Assembly: GCA_964414415.1 (NCBI GenBank) | Contig: CAYPWJ010000001.1 | Coordinates: forward strand, 138,701-202,700 | DNA: 64,000 nt | Source: an uncultured Thermoplasmatales archaeon | GTDB taxonomy: Archaea > Thermoplasmatota > E2 > UBA202 > DSCA01 | Direction: 5' to 3' | Shown here: piece by piece, positions 31,769-41,433 of the stretch | How positions within the stretch are numbered: position 1 is the first letter of the stretch | Layout of the letters: the number at the start of each line of letters is the position of its first letter | Notes under the pieces: model-generated | Databases searched by the model: none | Seen by the model: the letters and a program-made list of their open reading frames with translations, nothing else | What the model was told of the DNA's origin: nothing | Translations under genes and position numbers: made by a program

Positions 31769-31882
31769 ATGCCTGTCTGCGACTACTGCAACGAAGAAAT
31801 CCACGATGGGGAAGTCCAGCGTAGCGGAAAACACTGGCACCGGGACTGCTTCCGTAAGATGATCAGAGAGCAGGGCTGCTGA
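31769..31882 (+). CDS. 37-aa zinc-ribbon-like peptide (MPVCDYCNEEIHDGEVQRSGKHWHRDCF...)
   Basis: CxxC...H..C arrangement. Tail of ORF 31556..31882. Confidence 0.3.
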   Translation: MPVCDYCNEEIHDGEVQRSGKHWHRDCFRKMIREQGC

Positions 31883-31922
31883 CCGGCAGAACCTATTTGT
31901 AGCGCCGCCACTTGTCACACTA

Positions 31923-32435
31923 ATGAGCGACGACGAACAAAATCCGGCAGAAAAAGCTGCGGCGCTCGCCAGAAAATATGAACACGCCATCGGAAGCTGC
32001 CCGCAGTGCATCCTCGCCGCATTGTACGAAACGCTCGACATTGGCAGCCCTGCCCTCATCCAGGCCAGCGACGGCCTTGCCGGAGGAACCGCGCTTTCAA
32101 CGGCCGGGACCTGCGGTGCCCTCGCCGGCGGCATGCTGGCCATCGGCAGCGTAGCCGGGAGAAGCTACCAGGAGTTCAAGGCCGGAGACGGCCAGCGGCG
32201 CGTCTTCGCCCACTCTCAGCGGCTCTACCGCCGCTTCGTTGAGACATATGGCTCCTCGATCTGCTGCCAAGTGCAGGAACAGGTGTTTGGGCGGTCCTAC
32301 GACCTGCTCGACGCCGACGAGGCTGCCATGTTCTCCGAGGATGCAACAGTGGAGACATGCCCGCAGGTGGCCGCCGACGTCGCCCGGTGGACGGCAGAGA
32401 TCATCGTCGGACTCCGCCGCAGAGAGAAAGGTTAG
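31923..32435 (+). CDS. C_GCAxxG_C_C family redox-active protein
   Basis: Signature CPQCILAAL ... GGTALSTAGTCGALAGG ... SICCQVQ. Confidence 0.75.
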   Translation: MSDDEQNPAEKAAALARKYEHAIGSCPQCILAALYETLDIGSPALIQASDGLAGGTALSTAGTCGALAGGMLAIGSVAGRSYQEFKAGDGQRRVFAHSQRLYRRFVETYGSSICCQVQEQVFGRSYDLLDADEAAMFSEDATVETCPQVAADVARWTAEIIVGLRRREKG

Positions 32436-32818
32436 CCTATTTCTTCCAGCAGCCGCAGCACGTGGCGCCGTATGTCATCCCTGACCTCCCGGTACACCTC
32501 GATGGACGCGCCGCGTGGGTCCTCGATGTCCCACGCCTCTGTTTTCTCCGGCCGCGTTAGCGGGCAGCCGTCGATGCATCCCATCGTGGCGATGACGTCA
32601 AACCGGTCGTTCATTTCCCCCGTCAGCCCCGTCGGTCGCTGCCCCGATATGTCAACGCCCGCCTCGGCCATGACTGCTACCGCCGTCTCGTCCACCGCCT
32701 CCGCAGGCCGGGTACCGGCGCTCTCCGCCACGACATCGTCAGCCAGCACGGTGCAGAAGCCCTGCGCCATCTGGCTCCGGCAGGCGTTTTCCACACAGAC
32801 GAACAATACCTGTTTCAT
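32432..32818 (-). CDS. arsC: arsenate reductase ArsC / low-molecular-weight protein-tyrosine phosphatase family
   Basis: P-loop VLFVCVENACRSQMA (CX5R) and downstream Cys residues consistent with thioredoxin-coupled ArsC. Confidence 0.75.
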   Translation of the reverse strand: MKQVLFVCVENACRSQMAQGFCTVLADDVVAESAGTRPAEAVDETAVAVMAEAGVDISGQRPTGLTGEMNDRFDVIATMGCIDGCPLTRPEKTEAWDIEDPRGASIEVYREVRDDIRRHVLRLLEEIG

Positions 32819-32852
32819 ACTCGTTGATGGCGGGGCGTGCACGGTATGTCGT

Positions 32853-33743
32853 TCATCGCTTCAGGCCGAGCAGTGTGCCCATCCTGTATATCGCGTCGTC
32901 ATCAGCGTCAATGTCCCATGTGTCTAGCAGCGTTCGCAGGATACTGAAACCGTCCATTCTATTCGGGATTGTCCCGATGAAACGGGCGTAGATGTCCGGT
33001 GTCACCCGATACATGTGCAGGAGTCCCGACACGGGATGCTCGATGTCCGCAATGTTGCGTGGGGTCGCCATGCATTTCTGCGGCATCAACGGACAGGTTA
33101 TCGTCTCCCGCTGCATGGAGAACTCAAAAAATTTCTGGCACATCGGGCAGTAATACCGCCCCATCGGGTTGTCGCCGAGAATGGCCACGTCGTCAAACCG
33201 GATCTGCCGCGCTACACCGAGCGCCTCGGCCAAATGGGGAACCGCGTGCTCCAGCAGCGTGAAGAGCGTCTCCTTGTCCCAGACCTGCTCCACATCCATC
33301 AGCACGAACGTGATGTCATCCTCCCCGACGCGCTGCGCGGTCTCGCATCCGCTGGCCACGATGATGAAGCTCTTCAGCGTCTGTAGCGGCTGCTCTTGGT
33401 ATCGGATGCGCCAGTCTTCAAGGAATCCAAGATACGCGTCGACCCACCGCCCGGCAACCGCTTCAACGTCGCTCTCCTGTATCAGCCGTGCAGCAAGCCG
33501 CTGCGGTATCTTCGGATAGAACAGCCCGAAACCCTCCAGGCCCTCCGTGGTCTCCGGCGGCAGGTTTTCGACGGCGATGGGCGTATTCAGGCACATCTTC
33601 GGCATGTATGGACATCGTGGCTCGTCCAGCCGGAACAGCTTCTTACATGTCACACACCAATAGCGGCCGGAAGGGGACGGCGAGCCAGCCGGCAGCCCCT
33701 TGACTTTCTTCATGACTTTTTCTTTGCCGCCGAACATGGCCAT
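32853..33743 (-). CDS. hypothetical protein with two copies of a novel Cys4 module
   Basis: RYWCVTCKKLFRLDEPRCPYMPKMCLNTP and RYYCPMCQKFFEFSMQRETITCPLMPQKCMATP, i.e. Cx2C-x10-13-CP.MP.KC..TP twice, flanking a ~170-aa domain. Start at Met59 of ORF 32853..33917. Confidence 0.45.
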   Translation of the reverse strand: MAMFGGKEKVMKKVKGLPAGSPSPSGRYWCVTCKKLFRLDEPRCPYMPKMCLNTPIAVENLPPETTEGLEGFGLFYPKIPQRLAARLIQESDVEAVAGRWVDAYLGFLEDWRIRYQEQPLQTLKSFIIVASGCETAQRVGEDDITFVLMDVEQVWDKETLFTLLEHAVPHLAEALGVARQIRFDDVAILGDNPMGRYYCPMCQKFFEFSMQRETITCPLMPQKCMATPRNIADIEHPVSGLLHMYRVTPDIYARFIGTIPNRMDGFSILRTLLDTWDIDADDDAIYRMGTLLGLKR

Positions 33744-33940
33744 CACGGCTCCTCCCCGAATCGCTCCGATGCAGGCGTCCCGCCGATACCCCAGTGGGTC
33801 TTCGGCACCTCCGTCACCACAACCTCCACCGCATCCCGGGGGATACCCCGACACTCGAACATCGCCGTCGCCTCCTCGATGACCTCCCGCGCGTTGTCCG
33901 CTCCAAATCCTTCCCATACCTTTATCTCAACGATCGGCAT
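33743..33940 (-). CDS. 4-oxalocrotonate tautomerase family protein (65 aa)
   Basis: N-terminal MPIVEIKVWEG with catalytic Pro1. Start at Met40 of ORF 33743..34057. Confidence 0.75.
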   Translation of the reverse strand: MPIVEIKVWEGFGADNAREVIEEATAMFECRGIPRDAVEVVVTEVPKTHWGIGGTPASERFGEEP

Positions 33941-34049
33941 ATGATACCTCCGTCCTTGACAATCGCCAGGGCAGTTATAAAATGTACGGCGCTTCTCCCC
34001 TGAAACCCATCCAAACAATTTATATAACCCAATGCTTTTCAGGGTTAAA

Positions 34050-34631
34050 ATGGCCAAGGGACTCTCACATTACCTCAGGGAAGCATGGAAGCAGACCGAC
34101 AGCAGCCATCAGTCGGCGCAGTGGAACCGCCTCATCAAATGGCGCAGAGAGGACAGCGTCGTCCGCGTTGACCGTCCAACGAGGCCGGACAGAGCACACA
34201 GCCTTGGATACAAGGCAAAGCAGGGCTTCATCATCGTTCGCTCCAGAATCCGCAAAGGGAGCCGACAGAAGCAGCGGCCGAAGGGAGGACGACGGCCGGC
34301 CAGGATGGGCGTCAGGAAGATAACCGGCGCGAAATCGATACAGCGGATGGCAGAGGAGCGAGCCGCCAAACATCATCCCAACCTCGAGGTGCTCAACTCC
34401 TACAAGGTCGGTGCAGACGGACGCCGGCATTACTACGAGGTCATCCTCGTCGACCCCAGTCATCCAGCCGTTGTCAACGACGACGACATCAACTGGATCA
34501 CCCGGGAAAACAGCCGCGTGCACAAGGGAAAGACGTCGGCTGGTAAAAAAGGGCGCGGGCTCCGCACCAAAGGCAAAGGCGCCGAGCACATCCGGCCCAG
34601 CGTCAGCGCAAACGACGGCAGGAGCAAATAA
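34050..34631 (+). CDS. rpl15e: 50S ribosomal protein L15e
   Basis: MAKGLSHYLREAWK... is the canonical L15e N-terminus. 193 aa, basic. Confidence 0.9.
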   Translation: MAKGLSHYLREAWKQTDSSHQSAQWNRLIKWRREDSVVRVDRPTRPDRAHSLGYKAKQGFIIVRSRIRKGSRQKQRPKGGRRPARMGVRKITGAKSIQRMAEERAAKHHPNLEVLNSYKVGADGRRHYYEVILVDPSHPAVVNDDDINWITRENSRVHKGKTSAGKKGRGLRTKGKGAEHIRPSVSANDGRSK

Positions 34632-34634
34632 GGC

Positions 34635-35069
34635 ATGGAGCCGCCGTTTCATTACGTCTTGCTGCACAGTTTTTGTTATGCGACCGAAAAAAAAGACAGT
34701 GTACGGAAGGCGCTGTCCTTCGTCGCCTATGGAGACCGTGACGGGGATGCAGTTGAGGAGGAAGCCATCAAGGGGCAGTTTGGTGACACCATCACCGTCA
34801 TGCGCCTCCGGCTGGAGCGGTCCCGCCTCATCCGGGATCTCAGCCGGCGTGTGCTCTCCCCGCTGCCTGAGGAGACCATCGAGCAAAAAGTTGACAATAA
34901 GTGGTTTTTCCATCTCCGGTTCGACAAGGAGGCAGCCGCCCGGGGTCGGCTTGCGCTGTCCGACGGCACCAACGTCGTCACGCTGAAGGGAAAGGTTCAG
35001 GTGTACCCGGCGAGTCGTGAACGGGCGATTGCCCGCCTCAGGAAATACGTGTCCGCCAATAATGATTAA
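34635..35069 (+). CDS. conserved hypothetical, possibly an RNA-binding protein of the L15e/exosome neighbourhood (COG1325-like)
   Basis: 144 aa, starts 4 nt after L15e. No firm motif. Confidence 0.35.
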   Translation: MEPPFHYVLLHSFCYATEKKDSVRKALSFVAYGDRDGDAVEEEAIKGQFGDTITVMRLRLERSRLIRDLSRRVLSPLPEETIEQKVDNKWFFHLRFDKEAAARGRLALSDGTNVVTLKGKVQVYPASRERAIARLRKYVSANND

Positions 35070-35077
35070 TACGGGCA

Positions 35078-35491
35078 TTGCATATTACCGTGATGGCACA
35101 GACAGCTGTGACCTGTCCTAACTGCGAGACCTCGTTCAAGGTGGATGTCGATGCCACCCGTGGAAAATGTCCCTCATGCGGCATATCCCTGGTCTTCGAG
35201 GATGTTCCGTCTGCACGGCAGTCACCCTCCCCTAAGGAGCAACCGATGGAACCACGCCGTCCAGAGGAGACAGCTACGACTCCGGAACCGGAGGAACAAC
35301 CTGCTGGTGACGTCGTCGAAGAAACCGTTGACATCCGGCGTATCGAGGCGGCCGTCGATGCCATCGCCGAGCGGACCGTCACCGGCCGCAAAACGCGCGC
35401 CGCCGACATCGCCGCCGTGGAATCCATCAGGCCTGAACGAGATTACTCCGACGTGGAAGAAAAGGTCGAGGAGCTCGTGTCTACAGAGTGA
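35078..35491 (+). CDS. zinc-ribbon protein with acidic/Pro-rich linker
   Basis: CPNCETSFKV...CPSCGISL zinc ribbon at the N-terminus. Confidence 0.45.
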   Translation: MHITVMAQTAVTCPNCETSFKVDVDATRGKCPSCGISLVFEDVPSARQSPSPKEQPMEPRRPEETATTPEPEEQPAGDVVEETVDIRRIEAAVDAIAERTVTGRKTRAADIAAVESIRPERDYSDVEEKVEELVSTE

Positions 35492-36125
35492 ACACCCATA
35501 TCTCGGACTCAGCCGGCAGGTCGCTTTTTTCTACCTCTATCTCGTTGGCGACGTGCCTGATTACATAGAAGGGACGGGCGGCGTCCAGGAATCCATCGAT
35601 GCGCTCGATTGGCAGTGACAGCCCACCGACCTTGTAGTGCATGGGAATCACGACCGTCGGGTTGATTGTTTTGCATACGTCCAGCGCTGCTTCGCCGTCG
35701 ACGGTAAACACGCCGCCAACCGGCACGAAGAGGACGTCAACGTCGCCAATCCGGTCAGCCAGCTCGTCGTCGAGCGGATGGCCGAGGTCGCCGAGGTGAC
35801 AAAAAGTGATGTCGTCCACGACGAATCGGAAGATGGTGATGTCGCCTCGTTTTGTGCCGTCCTGCCTGTCGTGGTAGGCTTGATAGGATGAAATCTGGAT
35901 TCCCCGCACCGTCTTGTCGCCAGTCCGGACGACAGTGGTGTCGTCCTTCTGGACTGCTTTGACCTTGTTGTGGTCGTAGTGGTCGTGGGAGACCAGCACC
36001 ACATCGCCCCGGGCGCCGGGCGGCTTGATGCCGATTGAGCTGCCGTCGTGAGGGTCCGTTATCAGAGTCACGTCGTTCGTCAGCTCGAAGCAGGAGTGAC
36101 CGTGCCACCGCAGGTTTATCATCAT
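35481..36125 (-). CDS. MBL-fold metallo-hydrolase
   Basis: HxHxDH motif (VLVSHDHYDHN) and other beta-lactamase-fold His/Asp residues. Start at Met28 of ORF 35481..36206. Confidence 0.8.
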   Translation of the reverse strand: MMINLRWHGHSCFELTNDVTLITDPHDGSSIGIKPPGARGDVVLVSHDHYDHNKVKAVQKDDTTVVRTGDKTVRGIQISSYQAYHDRQDGTKRGDITIFRFVVDDITFCHLGDLGHPLDDELADRIGDVDVLFVPVGGVFTVDGEAALDVCKTINPTVVIPMHYKVGGLSLPIERIDGFLDAARPFYVIRHVANEIEVEKSDLPAESEIWVFTL

Positions 36126-36793
36126 ATCCCCAGCATGCGCTTTATCCTGTCCAGCAGACCCTCTTTTTCTATCGGAACGTCGGTGTGCCATTGGCCGTTG
36201 AACCACAGGCGTGTTGCGCCGGCGCTGTCCACGTTGACCGCGATGTCGTGGTCCTGTGCGATGTCTTCCATGCCGTCGCCGCGGAGCACCGGCACCTGCT
36301 CATGTGTGGTGTCCCTGATGATGACGGTTGCGACGTCGCCGGAGATGTGAATCGAGGCATTGTCCGGGCCGATTGGTTCGGCGACCCTGGCCTTCTTGGC
36401 CCGCTGTGGCTCTGCCGTCTCTTTTTCTTCTTCCATCCTCCCGGTCATGGCCCGGGCGCGGTCCCTCCATCTATTGAAGCGTTTCTCCGAAACGTCGACG
36501 TCGTCGGCCGTGCAGCGGTCGGCGGCAGCCAGCTCCTCAGGCGTCGTGATGCCCTGCTGGCGCAGCCGCTGGCTGTAGGCGGGGCCGATACCCTGGATGT
36601 CGGTGAGTAGCCGCATGTCACAAGCGCGCTGCTGCCATTCGTTGAGGCGATCCGGGGAAATCCCGGTGTGTTTGGCCACCCGGTTGACGTTCATGCTCCG
36701 CAGATCGGCAACCTCGTTGATGCCTGCATCGTTCAGCTTTTTCTCATACTGCCGGCCGATTCCTTTGATGGTTGTAACGTCCATAATCCCCAC
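36122..36793 (-). CDS. hypothetical protein with tandem DUF4332/HhH-like modules
   Basis: Repeated IKGIGRQYEKKLNDAGI / IQGIGPAYSQRLRQQGI helix-hairpin-helix-like modules. Confidence 0.5.
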   Translation of the reverse strand: MGIMDVTTIKGIGRQYEKKLNDAGINEVADLRSMNVNRVAKHTGISPDRLNEWQQRACDMRLLTDIQGIGPAYSQRLRQQGITTPEELAAADRCTADDVDVSEKRFNRWRDRARAMTGRMEEEKETAEPQRAKKARVAEPIGPDNASIHISGDVATVIIRDTTHEQVPVLRGDGMEDIAQDHDIAVNVDSAGATRLWFNGQWHTDVPIEKEGLLDRIKRMLGI

Positions 36794-36888
36794 AATCTGT
36801 ATGCGTATTTCGATATAAAAAAGTTCGTGGCCGGCGCCAGCCGTCGTGTTTCAACAACTATATAAAACGAGATGCCATACTTGTTTCC

Positions 36889-37104
36889 ATGGTACTGCCA
36901 ACTGACTTACTGGAAAGCTCGCTCAACAAGGACATCTCGCTCCTGCTCAAGGACGGCCGTATGCTCGAGGGACGTCTTTCAGGCTACGACCAGTATATGA
37001 ACCTCGTCATCGAGGACACCCGCGAGGCGAAGGGAGATACGGAGCGCCGTCTCGGAAAGGTCGTGCTGCGCGGCAACAACATCGTCAGTATTTCTGTCAA
37101 ATAG
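36889..37104 (+). CDS. Sm-like archaeal protein (SmAP/LSm)
   Basis: Sm1/Sm2 motifs (ISLLLKDGRMLEGRLSGYDQYMNLVIED...VLRGNNIVSI). 71 aa. Confidence 0.9.
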   Translation: MVLPTDLLESSLNKDISLLLKDGRMLEGRLSGYDQYMNLVIEDTREAKGDTERRLGKVVLRGNNIVSISVK

Positions 37105-37146
37105 AGTGCCAAAAGTATTTAAAACGCCGGTATCTTTCCGATACAG

Positions 37147-37587
37147 ATGAATATATCGAACATGAAGCTGTCCTCCATCGAAGCACGCCGTTACTCCGAG
37201 CCGGAGCAGCGTCCGCAGAACGTCCGCATCGACCACAACAGCACCGTCACGCTGTTCTCTGCAACGACTGACACGGAGGCGTCGGTCGAGTTCCAGTATA
37301 CGGCCAGCTACGGCCCCCTCGGCCTCATCAAGCTGTCCGGTGACTTTCACTTCCAGGCGGACAACGCCCGGGAGATAGCGGAGCAGTGGAGCCAGGACAA
37401 GAACATGCCTGAGGAGGTGGCCTCCCGCATACATACCGCCATCATGCATTTCTGTCTCCCGGAGGCGGTCATGGTCTCCCGTGACCTCCGGCTGCCGCCG
37501 CCGATCCCGATGCCGCAGGTCAAGTTTGACAAGGATAAAGGAGCTCAGCAGCAGGGAAAAGGCGGGTTCAGTCCCGAGGTTGCCTAA
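37147..37587 (+). CDS. hypothetical protein
   Basis: 146 aa. No recognisable domain. Confidence 0.35.
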   Translation: MNISNMKLSSIEARRYSEPEQRPQNVRIDHNSTVTLFSATTDTEASVEFQYTASYGPLGLIKLSGDFHFQADNAREIAEQWSQDKNMPEEVASRIHTAIMHFCLPEAVMVSRDLRLPPPIPMPQVKFDKDKGAQQQGKGGFSPEVA

Positions 37588-37646
37588 ACCTGTTTCCTTT
37601 ACACGATGAACAAAAGTAATAAATCCCAATTCGCATTTGTCTATAC

Positions 37647-38090
37647 ATGTCATTTCAACTGCAGGTGACAAAAAACACGCCGCTCACCGGAGAAGACGAC
37701 TACGAGGAGGTCGCGGTGCAGTTTCTCAGACAGATAGGCTATCTGTCCAAGGGAGCCGGCACCTCGTCGATTGCCTACCGGCTCTTCGAATGTTTTCTGC
37801 TCCACCCCGGCAAGGAGTGGCAGGTGGACGAGCTGGCCGTCGAGCTCGACGCGACCAAGGCCACGGTCTACCGGCATCTCAACAAGCTCAAGGGCCTCGA
37901 CATCCTCGAGGAAGGAACAGCCGGCGAGGGAACCAAGCAGCGGAAGACATACCGCCTGCGCTACGGCAACCTCGCCAAGGCTTGGAACTTCGTCGAGGCG
38001 CACGTCAAGGTCGCCATGGACAACTATGCCGAGACCGTCGCTCATTTACACACGCTGGTTAAACGGAGGGTAATCGATGGACGAGATTGA
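37647..38090 (+). CDS. winged-helix transcriptional regulator
   Basis: wHTH-like ELAVELDATKATVYRHLNKLKGLDILEE. Confidence 0.5.
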   Translation: MSFQLQVTKNTPLTGEDDYEEVAVQFLRQIGYLSKGAGTSSIAYRLFECFLLHPGKEWQVDELAVELDATKATVYRHLNKLKGLDILEEGTAGEGTKQRKTYRLRYGNLAKAWNFVEAHVKVAMDNYAETVAHLHTLVKRRVIDGRD

Positions 38091-38343
38091 ACTGGTCGGC
38101 GGCGAGGCCTGCATCGTCCGCTCACAGGATGCAAGCGAAGACCCACTTGAATCGCAGGGAACACTGGAGGGATTCACCTACATCGGCAAAGACGAAGCGC
38201 TGTGCATCCGCCTGGGCGAGGAGCACGACGAGCTGGCTGGCAAAACCAGGGTGATACCGGTCGGCAACATCATCTCCATCGATCTGCTCGACGGGAGGAC
38301 AAAGCGAAGCAAAGCAGGCGATCCGGACCACTACTTCGGGTGA
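38077..38343 (+). CDS. small hypothetical protein
   Basis: 88 aa, acidic. Overlaps its neighbours by 14 nt upstream; the downstream gene starts 5 nt after its stop. Confidence 0.3.
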   Translation: MDEIELVGGEACIVRSQDASEDPLESQGTLEGFTYIGKDEALCIRLGEEHDELAGKTRVIPVGNIISIDLLDGRTKRSKAGDPDHYFG

Positions 38344-38347
38344 CCCG

Positions 38348-39535
38348 ATGAGCATGCAGATCGGCATCGTGGGGAAGCCAAACGTCGGCAAGACCACCTT
38401 CTTCAACGCGGCTACCAACGCCGGCGGCGAGATGGCCTCCTACCCGTTCACCACCATCGACGCCAACCGGGGCATCATGTACGCCCGAACGGAGTGTCCC
38501 TGCCAGGACTTCGACGTTGAATGCAATCCACGGAATGCGGTATGCCGGGACGGCATCCGCTACGTGCCCATCGAGGCCATCGATGTCGCCGGACTTGTCC
38601 CAAAGGCCCATGAAGGACGCGGTCTCGGCAACAAGTTCCTGGACGATCTCCGGCAGGCCTCCTGCCTCATCCACATCATCGACGCGTCCGGTTCCACCAA
38701 CGCCGAAGGCGAACTCTGCGAGATCGGCGCGCACGACCCATGGCAGGACGTCAAGTTTCTGGAGGAAGAACTCGACCACTGGATACATGGCATCACAACC
38801 CGGGACTGGGACCGTATCAGCCGGAAATGCGCCCTCGAGGACAAGAAGGCAAGCGCTGCCCTCGCCGACAGGCTCACCGGGCTTGGTGTCAGCGAGGCGG
38901 ACATCACGCTGGCGATGCGGAAAACCGGGCTTGAGGGCAACCCGACGGCGTGGACGGACGACGACATGTTCAGTTTGGCCGCAGCCATACGAAAGGCGGG
39001 CAAGCCCATTCTCCTGTCGCTCAACAAGGCCGACAAGGCACCGGATGACCTCGTGGCAGAGCTGTCAGGCGATGCAGCGATTCCGACTGCGGCGGAGGCT
39101 GAGCTCGCGCTCACCCATGCAGCCGAGCACGACATGATAGACTACCGGCCGGGCGATGACTCGTTCGAGATATGCAGCGACGAGATGAGCGAGCGGCAGC
39201 GGAAAGGCCTTGAGTACATCCAGACGCACGTGCTTGACAAGTACGGCGGCACCGGCGTCCAGCGGTGTATCAACCATGCGGTGTTCAGCCTGCTCGACCT
39301 CATCGCCGTCTACCCGGTTGAGGACGAGACACATCTCACCGACAAGGACGGCAACGTGCTCCCCGACGTGTTCCTGGTGCCCCGCGGCTCGACAGTCGTC
39401 GATCTCGCCTACAAGGTCCACACCGACCTCGGCGAGGGATTCATCCGGGCCATCGACGCGCGAACCCAGCGCGTCGTCGGTCACGACCACGAGCTGCAGG
39501 ACGGGGACATCATCCGCATCGTGGCGAAGAAATAG
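38348..39535 (+). CDS. Obg-like/YchF-family GTPase with C-terminal TGS domain
   Basis: G1 [13 protein letters not shown]3 DVAGLV, and C-terminal TGS ([10 protein letters not shown]). Confidence 0.85.
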   Translation: MSMQIGIVGKPNVGKTTFFNAATNAGGEMASYPFTTIDANRGIMYARTECPCQDFDVECNPRNAVCRDGIRYVPIEAIDVAGLVPKAHEGRGLGNKFLDDLRQASCLIHIIDASGSTNAEGELCEIGAHDPWQDVKFLEEELDHWIHGITTRDWDRISRKCALEDKKASAALADRLTGLGVSEADITLAMRKTGLEGNPTAWTDDDMFSLAAAIRKAGKPILLSLNKADKAPDDLVAELSGDAAIPTAAEAELALTHAAEHDMIDYRPGDDSFEICSDEMSERQRKGLEYIQTHVLDKYGGTGVQRCINHAVFSLLDLIAVYPVEDETHLTDKDGNVLPDVFLVPRGSTVVDLAYKVHTDLGEGFIRAIDARTQRVVGHDHELQDGDIIRIVAKK

Positions 39536-39550
39536 GCATGAGATAGGCTG

Positions 39551-40984
39551 TTACGAGATGGAGCATGCCTGCTCGGCCACCTGCCGGTATGCATCCTGGT
39601 TGTTGATGCAGCCCGGGTCGGCGGCCAGGTAGTCGCCCGTGTAGCCGTAGGCCCTGGCACGGCAGCCGCCGCAGTAGTAGCGGTACGCACAGTCGCTGCA
39701 GGCGTGCAGCTGGTCCTTGTCGCGGAGCTGCTGCAGCACCTCGTGGTGTTTCCATAGCTCCTCGAAGTCGTCCTCCCGGATGTTGCCGACCTTGAGCGGG
39801 AAGAACACGCAGGGCTGCAGGTCGCCGTTCGCCTTCATCGCCATGTAGAACCGGCCGGCGCCGCAGCCGCCGATGAACTCGGCGAGATCGGCAAGCTGCC
39901 CGCCCAATGTGGGATTATAAAAATGTGTCGGCACAGTTTTCTCGTCGGCGTCGCCCTCCTCCTGCAGGGCCACCCGTGCGAACTGTGGCGCCGTGGACAG
40001 GACGTTGATGTCCCGGTCTTTTTTGAGCTCCTGCCAAAGCATGTGCAGCATCTCCTCCCGCTGCTCGGGCGACAGATCTGTGTCGGCGATGTCGCTGCCG
40101 CGGCCGGTCGGCACGAAGTTGTAGGCCATGAACCAGTCGGCGCCGAGCCGTTCGCTGAAATCGATGATGTCGGGCAGCTGCCGATAGTTGTGGCGGGTCA
40201 CCGTCGTCGATATCTCGACGAAGAAGCCGCGGGCGACGACGTTCCTGACGCCCTGCACCGTCCGGTCGAAGGCCCCGTCGACACCGCGGAACGCGTCATG
40301 GGTCTCCGCGTCGATGCCATCCAGGCTGATTTGCAGGAAATCGACGCCGTTACGTTTCATCCGGTCGGCCATCTCCCCGGTGATGAGCGTGCCGTTGGTC
40401 GCGATGGCCACATACATCCCCGTCGCTGCGGCATGGCTGGTGAGCTCGAAGATGTCGTCGCGGACCAGCGGCTCTCCGCCGGAAAACGCGAGGATGGTAA
40501 CGCCCGCCCGGGCGAACGCGTCGATGGCTCGCTTTGCCTCCACGGTGTCGAGCTCGTCGACGCCTGCCTTGCCGGCGGTCGCGTAGCAGTGTCTGCATTG
40601 CAGGTTGCAGTCAGTGGTCACATCCCAGACGATCTGGAATGGCGCCCCGGGCGTAAACGGCCTGTTGACACCAAACGCGGCGATGCCGCGAACCGTCGAG
40701 GCAAGCCCCTTCGCCCAGTACCCATTGCTAAAGGTCTCCTTAATCTGTCGTTCATCGACATCGAATGCCGCGGCGCCACGGCGGAGCACGCCGGCGACCA
40801 CCTTCTCAGCCATCCGGCAGGCGATACAGGCGTCATCCCGCCGTCCGGTATACAGCTCAACGGCGACCTCTATCCTGTTTTTCTCGTCTTTCTCGCAGTA
40901 GGTGCTCATATGTTTGAGGAGCGTCCGGGCGGCCGGGTTGCCGATGGTGCTTTGCAGCAGCTGTATCGTCGCCTGCGTTTTCAT
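39551..40984 (-). CDS. radical SAM / SPASM-domain enzyme with ~105-aa N-terminal extension (peptide-maturase-like architecture)
   Basis: CNLQCRHCY (CxxxCxxC) begins about residue 118. C-terminal SPASM Cys clusters (CGAGRFY..QPCVFFP; CSDCAYRYYCGGCRARAY). 477 aa. Confidence 0.85.
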   Translation of the reverse strand: MKTQATIQLLQSTIGNPAARTLLKHMSTYCEKDEKNRIEVAVELYTGRRDDACIACRMAEKVVAGVLRRGAAAFDVDERQIKETFSNGYWAKGLASTVRGIAAFGVNRPFTPGAPFQIVWDVTTDCNLQCRHCYATAGKAGVDELDTVEAKRAIDAFARAGVTILAFSGGEPLVRDDIFELTSHAAATGMYVAIATNGTLITGEMADRMKRNGVDFLQISLDGIDAETHDAFRGVDGAFDRTVQGVRNVVARGFFVEISTTVTRHNYRQLPDIIDFSERLGADWFMAYNFVPTGRGSDIADTDLSPEQREEMLHMLWQELKKDRDINVLSTAPQFARVALQEEGDADEKTVPTHFYNPTLGGQLADLAEFIGGCGAGRFYMAMKANGDLQPCVFFPLKVGNIREDDFEELWKHHEVLQQLRDKDQLHACSDCAYRYYCGGCRARAYGYTGDYLAADPGCINNQDAYRQVAEQACSIS

Positions 40985-41400
40985 GTCTCCACCTCTTTCA
41001 TGTTTTCCAGGAACCGGATGGAGCGGTTTACCATGTCGAGCACGTCGTCGACGCGCTGCCGGCGAGCGTCGTCGAGCCGCTGGATTGAGCGCGCTGTCTG
41101 CCGCAGCAGCGAGATGAAGCGGTGTACCTCCTCCTTGACAATGCGGGTTAGATCCGTCGTCAAGAAGTAGATGTTTTTACGTCCATCTCGGCGTTTGCCG
41201 ACGTGACCGAGCTTGATGAGGTGGTTGAGCGCGTTGATGGTGGTGGAGTACGCGTAGCCGGTCTCCGCTGCTATCTCCCGGGCGGTCATGGGTTCATCTG
41301 CGAGGGCCAGCGCTGTATAGATAGATGAGTCGATTTCTTCGAAGCCGCCGTGGCTGAGCACGTCTTTTATGTTGTGTTTGACATGCCGTATTGCCGCCAT
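40981..41400 (-). CDS. HTH transcriptional regulator (TrmB/MarR-like winged helix)
   Basis: wHTH segment MTAREIAAETGYAYSTTINALNHLIKLGHV. 4-nt overlap with the downstream rSAM gene. Confidence 0.6.
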   Translation of the reverse strand: MAAIRHVKHNIKDVLSHGGFEEIDSSIYTALALADEPMTAREIAAETGYAYSTTINALNHLIKLGHVGKRRDGRKNIYFLTTDLTRIVKEEVHRFISLLRQTARSIQRLDDARRQRVDDVLDMVNRSIRFLENMKEVET

Positions 41401-41433
41401 GCTATCCCTCCCGTGTCTTTTTGAAATATCAAA

